From Octopus sinensis (Eukaryota): a stretch of DNA of 64,000 bases. Position 1 is the first letter of the stretch. Every line of letters starts with the position of its first letter. Shown here one piece after another: positions 1 through 13,582 of the stretch. The translations under genes and the position numbers were made by a program. The stretch lies in contig NC_043025.1 in the NCBI RefSeq assembly GCF_006345805.1, forward strand, positions 248,001 to 312,000, written 5' to 3'. The notes beneath the pieces were generated by a model. It was not told the origin of the DNA. It saw only the letters and a list, made by a program, of their open reading frames with translations, and made no database searches.

Positions 1-552
1 TAAAGTGACATTTCCCCGAGTTATATCGAAGGATCGCCTATATGTGTGTATGTAGTAGTTGAGAAATGTATCATAAGATTTATAAATGTATTATTATCAG
101 CTGATTAAGAGAAATTCACTCAAAGGACATTTCCCCAGGTGTCAACAGCAAGTAGGAATCACGTTCAATCTCCTCTGAAATATTTCTGACAGTTAACCTT
201 TCTTATGCCATTAATTATATTTATATGTTTCTTTGAGTATTAATATCTGACTGTACTGATTCATTCTATCGGATGCTGTTACACGTCGCTGCTCACGATG
301 CCCTTCCAGTTCTTTCTTGATTGGGTCATTCTGTGCCATCTTCGCCCAAATATTTCAACTGTCTTGATGTCTTCATTAAATCATTCTCGCAAAATCATGT
401 CTTAACTAGACATGTCTGTATTGTTATGAGAACATAACTATATAAATGTGACACTTCAAAACGATAGGCATTTTTACCTCCGCCTAAATTCGGGGGTTAG
501 TTTCGTAGATTTTAAACACAGCAACAATTAATCCATTCGTTGTAGCTCGGAA

Positions 553-2480
553 AGAAAGAAAGAAAACACAAAGAGAGAGAAAGAAAGAAAGAAGAAAGAA
601 AGAAAGAAATAAAGAAAGAAGAACTAAAGAAAGAAAGAAAGAAGAGTAAAGAAAGAAAGAAAAGAAAAAAAGATAGAAAGAAAAAAGAAATTAAGTAAAA
701 GGGAAACAAAAGAAATAAATAAAAGAAAGAAAGAGAATAGAAAAAAGAAAGAAAGAAAGAATGAGATTAAGAAAAGAATGAGAGTGGAGAGAGAGAGTAA
801 AAGAAGAAAGAATGAAAGAGAAAGAGAGAGGGAGGAAGAAAGAAAAGAGAAAAAGAAGGAATGATAGAAGGGAGGGGGAAGGAAAAAAGTAATGTGATTC
901 TGTAATAATACATGAAATGAGAGCGGAAGAAATAAATAAAGAAAGAAAGAAAGGAAAAAGAAAGAAAGAAAGGAAAAAAGAAAGAAAGTAAGAAAGAAAT
1001 TAAGAAAGAAAGAAAGAAAGGGAGAAAGAAAGGAGCAAGAAAAGAAAAAGAAGGAAGGAAAGGTAGAAAGAAAAGAAAGATAGAAAGGGAAAAGAAGGAA
1101 ATTTAGAAAGAATGAAACAAAAATAGAAAGGAGGAAAGGGGAAAGAAAGGAAAGAAGAAAAGATAGAAGGAAAAAGAAGGAAAGATAGAAAGAATGAAGG
1201 GAAGAAAGAAGGAAAAAGAAGGAAAAAAGAAGGAAAGAAAGAGAGAAAGATAAGAGCTGGGCGAGAGGGAGAGAGAGAAAAAGGAGAAAAGGAAAAGAAA
1301 ACAAAGAAAAGCAACGAAACAACGACGAAAAAAAGAAAGGAAGAAAAAGAAAAGAAGCAAAGGAGAAGGAAAGATAAGAGCGAAGAAAGAAAAGAGAATG
1401 AAGGGAAAGAAGAAGGAAATGAAAAACTGAAAGAAAACTAAAGAAATAACGAAAATGAAAGAAGGAAACAGAAAAAGATGAGAGAAATGAAAGAAGAAAT
1501 AAATAAAGAAAGAAAGAAAGGAAGGGGAATGAATGAAAGAAAGAAAGAGTAAGAAAGGAAGAAAGAAAGAAAGAAAAAAGAAAGAAAGAAAGAAAGAAAA
1601 AAGAAAGAAAGAAAGAAAGAAAAAAGAAAGAAAGAAAGGAAATTGAAAGAAAGAAAGAAAGGAAATTGAAAGAAAGAAAGAAAGAAAGGAAGAAAGAAAG
1701 GAAGAGAGGAAAATGAACGAAAAAAAGGAAGAAAGAAAGAATAAGAGAGAGATAGAAAGGAAGGTGACGTAATTCTGTAAAAATGATAAGATGTAAGAGG
1801 GAGAGGGAGAGAGAGAGGAGGAGTATGAGATGAGAGAGAAAGAATAAAAAGGTGGAGCATTAATATATAATAAGGTAATAGAGAGAGGGAGAGGGAGAGA
1901 GGGAGAAAGAGAGAGACAGACAAACAGAGACACGGAGACAGAGAGAGAGACATGAGAAGCGAGAGGGAGAAAGAGAGAGACTGAAATAGAGAAATGGAGA
2001 GAGCAAAGAGAGAGAAAGACAGACATAGAGAAAGAGAGGGAGAGGGAAAGGGAGGAGAAAGGGAGGGAAAGAATGAGGTAAGAGAATGAGAGAATATTAT
2101 ATAAGGAGGTGGAGGGAGAGAGAGAATGATACATAGGTTTAGAAAGAGAGGGAGAGTGTGAGGTGGGGCGGAGCGAAAAGAGGTAGAGGGAGAGTATGAG
2201 ATATGAGGTGGTAAAGAGGGAGGGAGAGAGAGACAAAAAGTGAGCGGGGGAGGAAACAGAGGTGATGTATGAGATATATGCTTTGTGAGGGAGGGAGAGT
2301 AAGAGTTGAGAGAAAACGAGGGATGAGGGAGGCGGGGTTAAACAATAACATAAATAAGTGAAAGAGGGGGGGAGTTGAGAAGGAGAGGGAATGATGTGTG
2401 TGATAAGAGAGGGAGTCTATCATGTATTAGAGAAAGGAAGAGGGGAAGGAAGAGGTATTAATACAGAATGGGGAAGGAGA
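553..2480. repeat. (GAAA)n/(GA)n homopurine low-complexity tract
   Basis: Almost only G and A on the + strand. It explains the F/L/S-rich minus-strand ORFs at 512-2423. Confidence 0.95.
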
Positions 2481-3059
2481 GAGAAGAGTTTCGAAGTGTC
2501 CTTCATTTTCATATGAAACACAAAACCAAACTTTAACATACTTGGCTGTTATTTCTAGCATCCCCTATTGGACTATATTTCTCCACATGCTTCTTAAAGT
2601 GTCCTTCATGAAAACAATATAAATTATAGTGTGGTGGGCAGTTATTTCTAGCAAGATAACAGACCACCAATACGTTTTATAGACGCTTCTTCACTTGGTT
2701 TCTCCTTCGATGAAGAAGTCTGACCAGATCCGGGAAAAAGTTTTATAAATGCTTCTTAAATTGTCTTTCAAGTTCGTATGAAAAACAAAGCAACTTTGAG
2801 TGTAGTGGGCTGTTATTTCTAGCATGATGTCAAACCAGGTGTAGGAGGATTCTTTGAATAAATGCTTCTTAAACTGTCCGTCAATGTCTCGGCTATTTAA
2901 TTTGCTCAATTAAGAACTACACAGTAATTATGTAATTAATGGTTAGTTAAATAATTAGCTTCTGGTAAAATAATTAGCGAGAGAGAAATTTGAAGGTAAA
3001 TCTGAAAATATAATTTATTTGTAAGAAAGTAAGGTTTCTTAGGGATAAAAGGAGAGGAA

Positions 3060-3739
3060 GAGGGAGAGGGTAAGATATAAGGAGGTGGGAGAGATAGAGA
3101 GAGAAAGAAAGGAAGAAAGAGTGAGAGAGAGAAAGCCCAGGGAAGGGGAGGAATATATTAATGTATGAGGAAGCAGAGAAAGAATGAGAGTGAGAGAGAG
3201 AGAGAGAGAGAGACAGAATGCGTGAGAGAGAGATAGAGAGAGAAAGAAAGGAAGAAAGAGTGAGAGAGAGAAGGCTTAGGGAAGGGGAGGGATATATTAA
3301 TGTATGAGGAAGCAGAGAAAGAATGAGAGTGGGAGAGAGAGAGACAGAATGCGTGAGAGAGAGTGAGTGAGAAAGAAAGGAAGAAAGAGTGAGAGAGAGA
3401 AAGCCTAGGGAAGGGGAGGGATATATTAATGTATGAGGAAGGAGAGAAAGAATGAGAGTGGGAGAGAGAGAGAGAGACAGAATGCGTGAGAGAGAGAGGG
3501 AGAGAAAGAAAGAAAGGAAGAAAGAGTGAGAGAGAGAAACCCTAGGGAAGGGGAGGGGTATATTAATGCATGAGGAATCAGAGAGTGGGAGTGAGAGTGG
3601 GAGAGAGAGAGAGAGAGAGAGAGAATGCGTGAGAGAGAGAGAGAGAGAGAGAGAAAGGAAGAAAGAGTGAGAGAGAGAAAGCCTAGGGAAGGGGAGGGAT
3701 ATATTAATGTATGATGAAGCAGAGAAAGAATGAGAGTGG

Positions 3740-3771
<32 letters not shown>

Positions 3772-3900
3772 ATGCGTGAGAGAGAGAGGGGAAGAGAAGA
3801 AGAGAGAAAGAAAGGAAAGAGAGAAAACCTAAGGAAGGGGAGGGATATATATTTATATATGAGGTAGCAGAGAGAGTGTGTGAGTGAGTGCATGAGAGAG
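3060..3900. repeat. GA-rich minisatellite, ~130-140 bp unit, ~6 copies
   Basis: The motif 'gaaagcctagggaaggggagggatatattaatgtatgaggaagcagag...gacagaatgcgtgagag' recurs at about 3134, 3272, 3400, 3540, 3680 and 3825. Confidence 0.85.
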
Positions 3901-4449
3901 AGATAGAGAGAGAGAGAGAGGGGGAATTGATATATATACGTTTAGGAAGTGAGGGAGAGGATGAGGTGAACGATATAGTAAGGCAGGCGGGGTGGTTAAA
4001 CATGAATATATAATGAGGTGCAGGGAGAAAGGAGAGAAAGAGGGAGAAGTGGGAGGATATGTTTTGAGGGAGGGAGAAAGAAAATGCTATTTGTGTTTAA
4101 TAAGAAAGAGAGAAGGGGAGGGGGAAGCATTGTGTAATTTATGATGAGGTGAGAGGCGGAGGAGAAGAGAAAGAGAGAGAGAGAGACATAGAAAGAGGGA
4201 GAGAGAGCGCGAGAGAATAAGAATGTATTTACCAATAGAGGAAGAGTATGAGTTAATAAAGGAAGCAAAATGGGCGGAGACACGTATACGATGAAGTGGG
4301 AGGAGTCAACGTTGAAACGGTAAGAATAATAACTCTTATTAGATCCCTTTACTTTAAATTCTATTGTTTTCTTATGCGAAATAAAATCTGTTTTTCTGCG
4401 CAGTTTGTGAAGATTTCCAAATATGATTTCATGCAAATAATAGATCGAA

Positions 4450-4931
4450 GTGTTAGACATCACGCATCTCGAAAAAGTCCAGAAGCTGGCTACCCGCATG
4501 GTTCATGGTCTCAAAAATTTGTCCTACGAAGAAAGGCTGAGGACGCTCGACCTTTATTCTCTTGAAAAACGCCGCCGCCGTGGTGATCTCATTCTCGCCC
4601 ACAAACATCATAAGCGGAAAGTGTAACCTCTCGAAAGAGCTGTTCTTCACTCCTGCTCCAGAGCGTCGGCTGCGGGGTCATTTCGAAAAGCTCTACCTGC
4701 GACGATTTCATCTCAATCGAAGGAGAGGCTTTCTCCGTCCGGGTTGCGGATCCGTGGAACAAGCTGCCAGACGAGATGGTGAAGATGCGACGACCGCTTT
4801 GTTCAAAGCCTCCTGGACCTCAAGTGGCCTGAACTCTTTACAAGAACACCACCCTGTACTTAACTCCATGTCCCCCTACATGGCCTTGCTATTTGCTTTT
4901 GAGCCAAATTAACTAACTAACTAACTAACTA
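4450..4931 (+). mobile_element. 5'-truncated CR1-like LINE 3' end (frameshifted) with (TAAC)n tail
   Basis: Reads [42 protein letters not shown]...RLRGHFEKLYLRRFHLNRRRG across frameshifts, typical of the CR1 ORF2 C-terminus. Followed by taactaactaact at ~4910-4931. Confidence 0.85.
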
Positions 4932-5719
4932 ATATATTATCAATAAATATCGAACACTTCTCCTCATCACTAATTCGTTTTTCGTTTGACATCTAAAAAT
5001 TTCGCTTTTTTAATATTACGATCCTTACCCCTTAGCTTCGCTCCTCCCTGCTATAGTCACACAGCCTCAATTGTGGTTGCACCTGCTAGAAGCAACAGCC
5101 AAATCTCACATGATAAATATGAAACGTTTTTATCATTTGTTTTCTTAATTTCTTGGAAATTAATTAAATTTCTTTTTTCGTATTAGCATTTGGTCAGAAA
5201 GCTCCAAAGATAAGCCAGTGCCTGAGCAATACAAAGAGGGGAGAGCAAGAATATGCAAGGCTAGTACAGTTTAGTGCAGCCGTGCACCGGTTGTCGTCCT
5301 ATTTTAAGCTGCAAAACTGTGAGAGTCAAATACGAGAGGAAAGGGATCAGACCGGAAGGGATGTGAATGGAACAGGAAAGAAGTGAATGCAATGGAATAG
5401 AAGAAAAGTGAACTAAATCCTAAAATTTGCGAATATATTTAGGTAATAGGGAAAAAAAGTATGTTTAATTTAAAATGTAATTTCCATTTTAAAAGAAAGA
5501 ACATTCTCGAATACATGTTTCTTATAGTTGAACGTCCGCGTGTATTTATGGAGAGAAGAGGTCGGTTTGTTCCTGCTGTGGGCGAGAGTTTGTTTATTTT
5601 AATTTGGCTGACATCCATCTCGATAATGTGTTGCTTTAAGTAGCCTAGGGTCGAAAGCACGAATCCCAATAAAACCGCTGACAAAATAAAATAAAATCGA
5701 TTTTCTGTCCCAATTGGAA

Positions 5720-7300
5720 TATGCATGTCAGGTGATCGTCCTGTTTTCTGGAAGAATTATGTTGCTGAAGAAAATATGCACCAGAACAATGAAGAAATCG
5801 TCTCTAAACGGAAAGTGAACATTTTTCTTATAAATATCCAAAGGAAGCTTGAAGCTGACAGCTTCGATATCTACAGCCACAATGGTCTTCCTTGACCAGA
5901 TACAAGAATTGTTGAAGTAGCTAATATTCCAATTGGGCTTAGAGAAGAAACCATTTTTAAGGTGAAAAAATGTATTAATAAACTTCTGCCAACTTTAGAC
6001 ATTGAACAACGACTAGATTTTGATAAAGCTATCAGGTCCATAAATAGTAAAAGAAGGAAGAATTCTGTTCTTAAATGCAAATGGTGGCACAGGGAAAACC
6101 TATGTGATCAACATCATACTTGATAGTTGCTACTGCCACGTCTGCTATTGCAACCACTTTGCTTCTGAAAGGGAGAGTTCTTCATTCTATGTCCAGGATT
6201 TCTCTCAGTGAGACTACAAATCAACATTAAGACTCACAAGAGAGATGCCACAAGAGAAATTGTTGTGCTCAATCTGGTCTCTTAGTTATCGATGGGACCA
6301 GGATGGGGCCTAAGCATCTCTGTGAGTGCCTTGAAAGGAGATTGAATGATGTGTGAGACTGTAACAAACCTGTTTGTGAATTTACTATATTACTGTCTGG
6401 TGATAGAAAACAAATTCTTGCAGTTATGTCATCTTGGAAAATTATAATTTGTTGATACAGATCCTTTCTTGAGGATTGAGTAGAAATAGTGAAGATAGGA
6501 ACCAATCTAAGACTTCTTACAAAAGGTCATTCTGATGAAAAGGAGTCTGTTAATCACCATTTTGATGCTGGAAATGGTGATATTTCTGTCGAACAAAGTC
6601 TAGGTGCATCCAAAATCAACCTGCTTTACAACTTTGGCCTGTCAAGTTTATGTGATGTTGTCTTGCAAATAATTTCAGAGACCCCATGTGGCTTGCAAAC
6701 AGACCCATTATTACTCCAACAAATGAAATATCACAATTTGTAAATGAATTCATGTTGACCAGGATCCCTGGTGAGGTAAAGATATGCAGAAGCTCAGATA
6801 CAGTTGATAAAGAAGCTCTGTACCTAATCAAATTCATCAACAAACTCCTACCATCAGGGTTTCCATGGACATATCCTCACACGAAAGACAAGAGGCTGCA
6901 TTAGGTTTTTGAAGAATTTAGATGCTAAACAAGACCATTGCAATGACACAGACTACGTTATTATCTGCTTCCAAGATCTTATTATTGCTGCCGGGGTTGC
7001 TTGTGGTTATTTTGCAGGATCAATCTCAGGGATTCCAAATGGGTCTCAAGGAATGGAGTTCCCATTCATAGTTACCATACAAACAATTTCCTGTGGAACC
7101 ACTCTTTGCCTTGACATGCAACAAAGCACAGGAACAGACATTTAACAAAACTGGAATATATTCCAACACAATTCTTCTCCCGTGGTCAGCTGTAAGTTTC
7201 ACTTTCTAGAGTTTGGATGAAGCCTAATGTAAAACTATTGGCTGAGAGATAGAAACTGTATATTTACTAACAATCGTGTCTACAAGGAGGTTCTATTTGA
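5720..7300 (+). mobile_element. Degenerate Helitron PIF1-family helicase remnant
   Basis: Disrupted PIF1 motifs occur in order: GGTGKTYVINII (~6085), TATSAIA..LLKGRVLHS, LLSGDRKQILAV (~6390), NEFMLTRIPGEVK...FINKLLPSGFP (~6750), FPVEPLFALTCNKAQEQT (~7090), GQL.VSLSRV and terminal TNNRVYKEVL (~7270-7295). Confidence 0.85.
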
Positions 7301-7699
7301 CAGCAAAATATACATTTTAAGTAGTTTCACAAATGGAATTACACTTTTCTTTTTTGGGAAAATTCACAGGATATTTAAACTGTTATATAAACAATGGAAG
7401 TATTTAGGGAGATGCCGGGGCTTACAACAACAACACCAATAACAAATGAAATTTCAATCTTTATTTCCAAAGTTAATCTCCAACAAAAAGGGAGCTAAAC
7501 AAATAAAGAGATCTCCATGTGGTAAATAGATCTGCTAGAATTAGTAGCCGAATCCTACTCCATTCATCACTTATCATCTTAAAGAATGACACATTAGACA
7601 AGGAAAACATGATGGTCCTGGATGGAAGGCATTTAATCATATGCCTGTGTGTGGTGAAGGTAAACTTGGGGTTAAACAACAGCAATATTTACAAGAAAT

Positions 7700-7905
7700 T
7701 CAACTGAAGTCTGATAATAAACATTCAGCTGCCACGAAACATTCGGTTTCTAAAAGTGCTTCTTTTAATGTTTGAGGTGTACGTTTCGCTGGATCGCAAC
7801 TTTGGAACCATTTGAGAAGCATCTGATAGCCTTGTTCCACAATGTTATAAGGATTTTCGTGCCTGACTATTTGCAGGTCCTCGTCTGTAATTTCTAATTC
7901 CCTTC
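7700..7905 (-). CDS. Gene A terminal exon 13: DEATH domain, C-terminal part
   Basis: Acceptor ttgtatcttttgcag, phase 1. Encodes (G)RELEITDEDLQIVRHENPYNIVEQGYQMLLKWFQSCDPAKRTPQTLKEALLETEC...* with death-fold hallmarks (RELE, I..EN, YQMLLKW, L..AL). TGA at 7700-7702. Confidence 0.88.
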
Positions 7906-8349
7906 CTGCAAAAGATACAATAAGAAATAATTGCAAAAGCATTAACGATAATATAAAACCTGTGAACTGTAAATTATAGAACTGACAAAGAAATTATGTG
8001 AATAGACGAATGAGAAATACTGAAGAAACACGGAAAATAGAAGACATTGTTATCTGTTTCTAAAGAGTTTGAGAAAAATAAGAAACAAGTTGAAATAAAA
8101 GCTGGAATTGGAGAAAACATTTAAAGATCGAATAAAATTGAAAGTTACACATGAGAAATCATCTGGTAAACAACTGGCAGGAGAAGTGTTTGTGTGGGCA
8201 GCAGTATACGAAAAGCTCAAGAATCAACAAAAACTACCAATAGTTACACCATTTCATCTATCCATTCATTTTCTTTGCCCTCTCTTCATAGGAGGGTTAT
8301 AGGGGTAGAGTCCTCAGGCACCTCCTTCATACGATTCTATCTAAAGTAA

Positions 8350-8700
8350 CCTTGATTAGAAATTCTGAGAGGATTTCCAAGCACAACCAATTGAAACTAT
8401 GGTTTTTATGCAAAAATTTATTCTTGGTTTAGCCCCAGGTCTTCTGTCAGTTGGCTCAGCTCGATGAATCCCTCTTTTGATTCTTTCCTGAGACATTTTA
8501 ATCACATGCCGGTAGTATTGGAGCAGCTGTGACCTCTCAATGCAGAGAAGCAGTCGTTTGGCCTGGAGAGACACCCAAATTTTGAAGCTGCATGCGTTAC
8601 TCCAGGGACTCCTCAGAGGAACTCAATTTCAGTCGTTTTGATAACATCCCATATTCAAAGACTGAAATAGTCACCTGTGATGTGGTCCCTCCTATGATTA
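8350..8700 (-). mobile_element. RTE-like LINE C-terminal fragment
   Basis: LLLCIERSQLLQYYRHVIKMSQERIKRGIHRAEPTDRRPGAKPR resembles the RTE 'IERSQLRWFGHV..M...R.P...GRRPRGRPR' tail. Confidence 0.65.
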
Positions 8701-9149
8701 GTAAATAATAAAAGATTATCAAAATTCAGAAATATCTCGAAAGTGGGATATGACTTCAACGGCACAAAGTAAAAATATAACACTGTTAGGTACATATCAC
8801 ATATTATAGAAGATACCAGCTGAAAAGTTAGTCTTGGAATACTGACTCCTAAAAAGGAATTCCTTCACTGGCTGAAGGCCACAATTTCAAAAGAATCTCC
8901 TACAGGAGAGGCCAAGAGTAAGCAAAGCAATGGGAAGATTTAGTTGTAGGCAATAACAGAACATCTACACCATACACCTACAACACACTTGGGTCCTGAA
9001 AGAATCCCTGCATCCTCAAACATCTACATCATCTGGAAAGTTATCACAATTTATATGCAGGGGGAAAAGGTTAATAGGATTCTATATGGTTACTAATGTA
9101 CCAATAGGTGCAGTGGTACACAAGGCAAGTTTAAAGGGAGGACGGGTTA

Positions 9150-10290
9150 GGGTTGGAAGGAGAATATTTTATTAAAGTAGCGATTTATACGTAAGTAATG
9201 TAGTAATCAAGCAAGTATATAAAGAGTGAGAATAATTAACTGGGAGGGAGTAAGAGGAACATTTTAATGCAGAGGAAATAGTTTGTTGTAAGATCAGTGA
9301 AAGAGATGACTATGGACTAATGTAAGTGAAGATTGGTCAGAAGGGAGATTTAAAAGTAATACAGTTGAAGCGGATTTATGTCGAGATGATACTGGCGAAA
9401 TGGTTAAAGTGTTAGTAATGTAAGAAACAAGTGGAGTATGAGAGAGAGATGAGGGGTTAAGAGAGGAATTAAATGTGGTAATTAAGAAGTGATGTAAAGG
9501 GTGGGATATAGTAAGGGCAAGAAAGTATGATGAGCGATAATGACATTTGGAAAGCTTGTACGAAGTGACTAAGTGGTAAGTAGCGTGATCTTCTAATGAT
9601 CTGTGCCTCGGCTGGAGATTTTGAAAAATGAAGGATTAGAAAATGACGTAAAGAATTTTAATGTAGGAGTGTTTAAGGAAGGATTATTTACTGGTAAATG
9701 TCAGTACACGATATGTAGTAGTAAGAACTGCAGAGAATAAGATATTAGCAATATAATCGTACAGAATGATTTGGATTATTAATAAAACATTTACTGGTAA
9801 ATAAAGTGCAGAATCGGATTAGTTATAGTAAGCGTATGAAGGATCTAACAGATAGAATGTGATCAAAGTGCAGTACTTGAGAAATGAAAATGTAAGAAAT
9901 TTGTCTACTGGCACTAAGGGATTCTGTTCAATGAAGGAGAGATTGATTGTATTGTAAATGAACTTTGTAGAATAGGAAATAAGAAATGATGAGCTATCAT
10001 AGAAGTGTATGTTAAGTGGATGTAAAATAGAATCTGATAGTGATTAAGATTTCAGATAGGAAATGGATGAACTGAATTCTGGAAGAAATACAGCGATAAA
10101 CCTGACAAACACCACACGACTGTGGGAGAGTCGTCTTGCACATACAAACTTGGAGAAATGAACGTAAGATGTTGATTATATTGGACTGGTGTTAATGGAT
10201 GATTTTTACCCCAGTATATGACTGGTACATTTGTATGACTGCTAGAGAAATAACAAATTAGCAATGTCACAGATGATGTCCTCTCTTAAT
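9150..10290 (-). mobile_element. Highly degenerate retroelement-like remnant (possibly the N-terminal region of a Penelope-like ORF)
   Basis: Strand-asymmetric composition and weak fragments (HLTFISPSL..., VLLLNLPSDQSSLT). No diagnostic catalytic motif was recognised. Confidence 0.3.
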
Positions 10291-10626
10291 TTAGATAAAT
10301 AATTTCTATCAGCTGACTGAGGGGATAATGTTACGATCTCTTGAGTCAGGGGTGAAAGGTTCAAATCTAGTCCCCCAACACAGCTCAATGTCCTGGTAAA
10401 GACATCTCTCTTCTGGTTCAGTCTACGAACCAGCGGGAGGTAAAGATATTGCTGTAAATAATATGAACATTATATAAATGATATTTTATGTTGTTAAACT
10501 TTCAGACAAGAGGAAATGGGATACTGTGATGTTCATGCCTTTCCAATAAAGGAGAGTGAAATGATTTCAATTGAAAAACAAAATCAAGTTGAGTTTGAAA
10601 TTTCGGATGAGATTCTTTTTTTAACG

Positions 10627-10706
10627 TGAGTTTCATTAATTTACAATACTGAGTTCAATCCAGCCATGAGTTTCATTAATTTACAATACTGAGTTCAATC
10701 CAGCCA
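10627..10706. repeat. Perfect 40-bp tandem duplication
   Basis: tgagtttcattaatttacaatactgagttcaatccagcca occurs twice in a row. Confidence 0.95.
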
Positions 10707-11257
10707 TGGACACAGTCAACAATGGGGGACTGTTTTCTATAGAGACTGGCACTATATATTAACCAGGGACTAAAGAACTACAATCAAAGAGAACACAGCA
10801 TGTCACACATAATGCAAACTCTCGTGTTTAAAAAGGTTACATTCGATAATGTGGTCCTCTTCATCCAAAAGAAAGAAGGATGTCACATCTGGAAACCTTC
10901 CCTCTTAACTCTGCCAGATTAAAACAGATATCTGCCTCAGCAACAACAACAATAACAACCAAACTGTGAACTTTCCAAAAACGTAAACAAACTAAAACAT
11001 TGTCATTAACTCACCTGTTTAGTCTTTAACACCATTATTCTTGAGTCCCCTTTTACAAACGACAATATTAACTCGTCTGTATCTTCTAATTCAAATATTT
11101 ACACCTGTGCTGACCTCGGTGGATTTTATGAAATTTCAGTGATATCTTTACTTTATAGCTAAACTTTCAATTGGAAACTAGGAATGGAATCTGTTCTCAG
11201 TCAAAAGTTTAACTGAAAGCAAAATTTATAGAAATCAATTAGGTATTTTATACTCAC

Positions 11258-11329
11258 CAAGTTGCTGCCATTTACCGGCCAACTTTTTGGACACCCGATG
11301 TAGATGCTTCACCTCTAGCGTTAGTATAT
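11258..11329 (-). CDS. Gene A exon 12 (72 nt, phase 1-1): DEATH domain N-terminal helices
   Basis: tttatttcag acceptor and gtgagt donor. Encodes (D)ILTLEVKHLHRVSKKLAGKWQQL(G), which joins RELE to give the death-domain 'L..VS..L...WQQLGRELEI' motif. Confidence 0.85.
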
Positions 11330-13179
11330 CTGAAATAAATGTTTCCACATTTTACACTTCATAGTATAATTTCCCTATCTCTGTTAATGGTTTATATCTT
11401 ATTGTAAGACATTCCTATCATCAATGGCCAACTGCTGACCACTATAGGTTTCGTCGACAGTTTTATACTTTCTACAGTGGTCTTATAAAATGGCTCAATA
11501 TTTAGGTCCATAACAAAATAGACTGATCTTCCTAAACCTCCTTTTTCTATTAAGACAACCTTCTTGATCTATCAATATTGCATTCATCTCATTTAATTAT
11601 CACATGTTAACACCTTTTATTTCTTTACTTTTTTATAGCTGGGCTAAACCTATGAGATAGCATTGTTCCCTCATCAGTAGACTTCACTAATCCAGTGTTA
11701 ACCATGCTGGTCATAAATGCCCTTGACACAAACCCATGTCATACCATTTGAAGCAGGATCAACACACACCTGTTTTCTTTGTTTTGACCTTTAATTTTAT
11801 CTATGCAACTCACAGTTCACCAGAATTTCATCTGATTCATAAAATATTTTGAGACTCCTTAATGAAACCGCTTTCATTCCAGGTGAGCAATGATTAGTTT
11901 TACAGAGGTGAAACAGAAAGTGATAACAAGGGTCCTAAAACACTGTATACTTGCACAAAACACCTTTAACAACATGCAAATGTTTATACGCAGATTATTG
12001 CAAAAGACAAATATTTGAAAAGGTACAAAAGAAGTGATATTCAAGAATATATAAACAAGATGGTGATATAGATCAAACTTCAAGCACCAAATCTTTTTTT
12101 TGCCCAGAAGTTTTGACTTGGCAAATGCTTATTGCCCATCCTCGGTTTCTGCAATGACATCAATGCCTCTACTCTTGTTAGACACCGTGCTATTGTAGCA
12201 TCGTCCTCAAGTTAATGTTTTAACTTTTGGCATAGTTTCTCCTACTATTTTGAACCTTACCTGTTTCTGTTGACCTTTGACATATGTCAGACCGCATCAA
12301 GTAGTTGCTTTAGACAGCATTCTAGACCGAGTAATTAGTCCATCCAGTCTATCCAGAACTAATTGTATAAACATTTGATCTCTTCTTCTTATTTTTATGT
12401 CATCCATAAATGCCTTCTTAAGTGATTTCCCTTGAGTAATTTCTTCTGATAAATCTGTCGATCCCCATAAAAGCATCCCCATAACAAGCACAAACCAAGT
12501 AACGGATATTGTGCAATCTACAGCTATTCTAGTTTCAATGTTGGGCGCATGAAAATCTTTTTCTAGTGCTTTTGCCACATTAAAATGTACTCAGGACCCT
12601 TTATAAAGTGGTTGGTGTTAAGAAAGGCATACTACCATAGGAAAGGTGGAATGTTTAAGGGAGATGTGTTTCTCAAGCAATCGAGGTGGACAGTAATTCT
12701 GAATAAGGACATGGATAGTGACCACCCAGCCAATTCGATGATGAAGACACTATAATCGATTGCATTGTATCTTGCACCCAATCTTGAGGAGAGAGAAAGA
12801 GAGCAATTGTCTCAGCAGAAGACCAAAGTCTCCTACTGGGAAAAACACAACGTTTAGGGATGTAATGATAGATTTACTATCAGTGAAAAAAAGAGAGTGT
12901 GTTCACACTTGTAACAATTTTCAACTTAGTCACCTTGTTAAAAATGACCGACAACAACAACAACAATTAGGAAACTTATTAAAATGTACAACAAACAAGC
13001 TCTCTCATTATCTCATCTGTTTTTGCCTTTAAACGACAAATTGCTTTCCTTTATTCCAAAGACAATATGAAGTCTGTTGTGTTTTCTAATTTAGCCATTT
13101 TACCAACAGCGCCAACACTGCTGGACATTTTATTAAATTTCAAATCAGTAATATCAATGGACTTGTAGATGCATCCATA

Positions 13180-13214
<35 letters not shown>

Positions 13215-13531
13215 GACAATATGGCAACGAGATGATAGAAGGAGAGAATATTCCCCTTAAGGGGAGCGAACCGCTTCAGGTTTTATATTTTATCTCTTGT
13301 ACTTTTTCCTTATCGTGTGAGATCTTTTTCCTGTGTCTCATGTTTCCCTATTTCCGTAAAATCCCTTTATTGGATATTCCTGCATTTGTAGTAGAACAGA
13401 ATTACTTTGTAGCTAACCATTCGAATGAAATATAGCAATAGAACCGCTTCTCAGTGATTCACACAAATTATGTAGTTCAGGGGGAGGTAAAATTTGTAGA
13501 AGTCAATTAGATACAGTTATTTTATACTCAC

Positions 13532-13582
13532 CAAGTGGCTGAGCCTCTGTCTGGGATGCCTTGTCTTCAACCTTTGGACGCA
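13532..13582 (-). CDS. Gene A microexon 11 (51 nt, phase 1-1), linker unit
   Basis: tttatttcag acceptor and gtgagt donor. Encodes (V)RPKVEDKASQTEAQPL with no stop. Confidence 0.75.

Noticed and set aside
7460-7465. AATAAA (minus strand) as the gene A polyadenylation signal
   Set aside because: Its position ~240 nt after the stop is plausible, but the hexamer is common in AT-rich DNA and cannot be supported without 3'-end data.
12297-12578. 93-aa minus-strand ORF with a hydrophobic stretch
   Set aside because: No recognisable motif or usable splice sites. The homologous block at ~14650-14900 is interrupted by stops, so it is probably intron of the duplicated unit.
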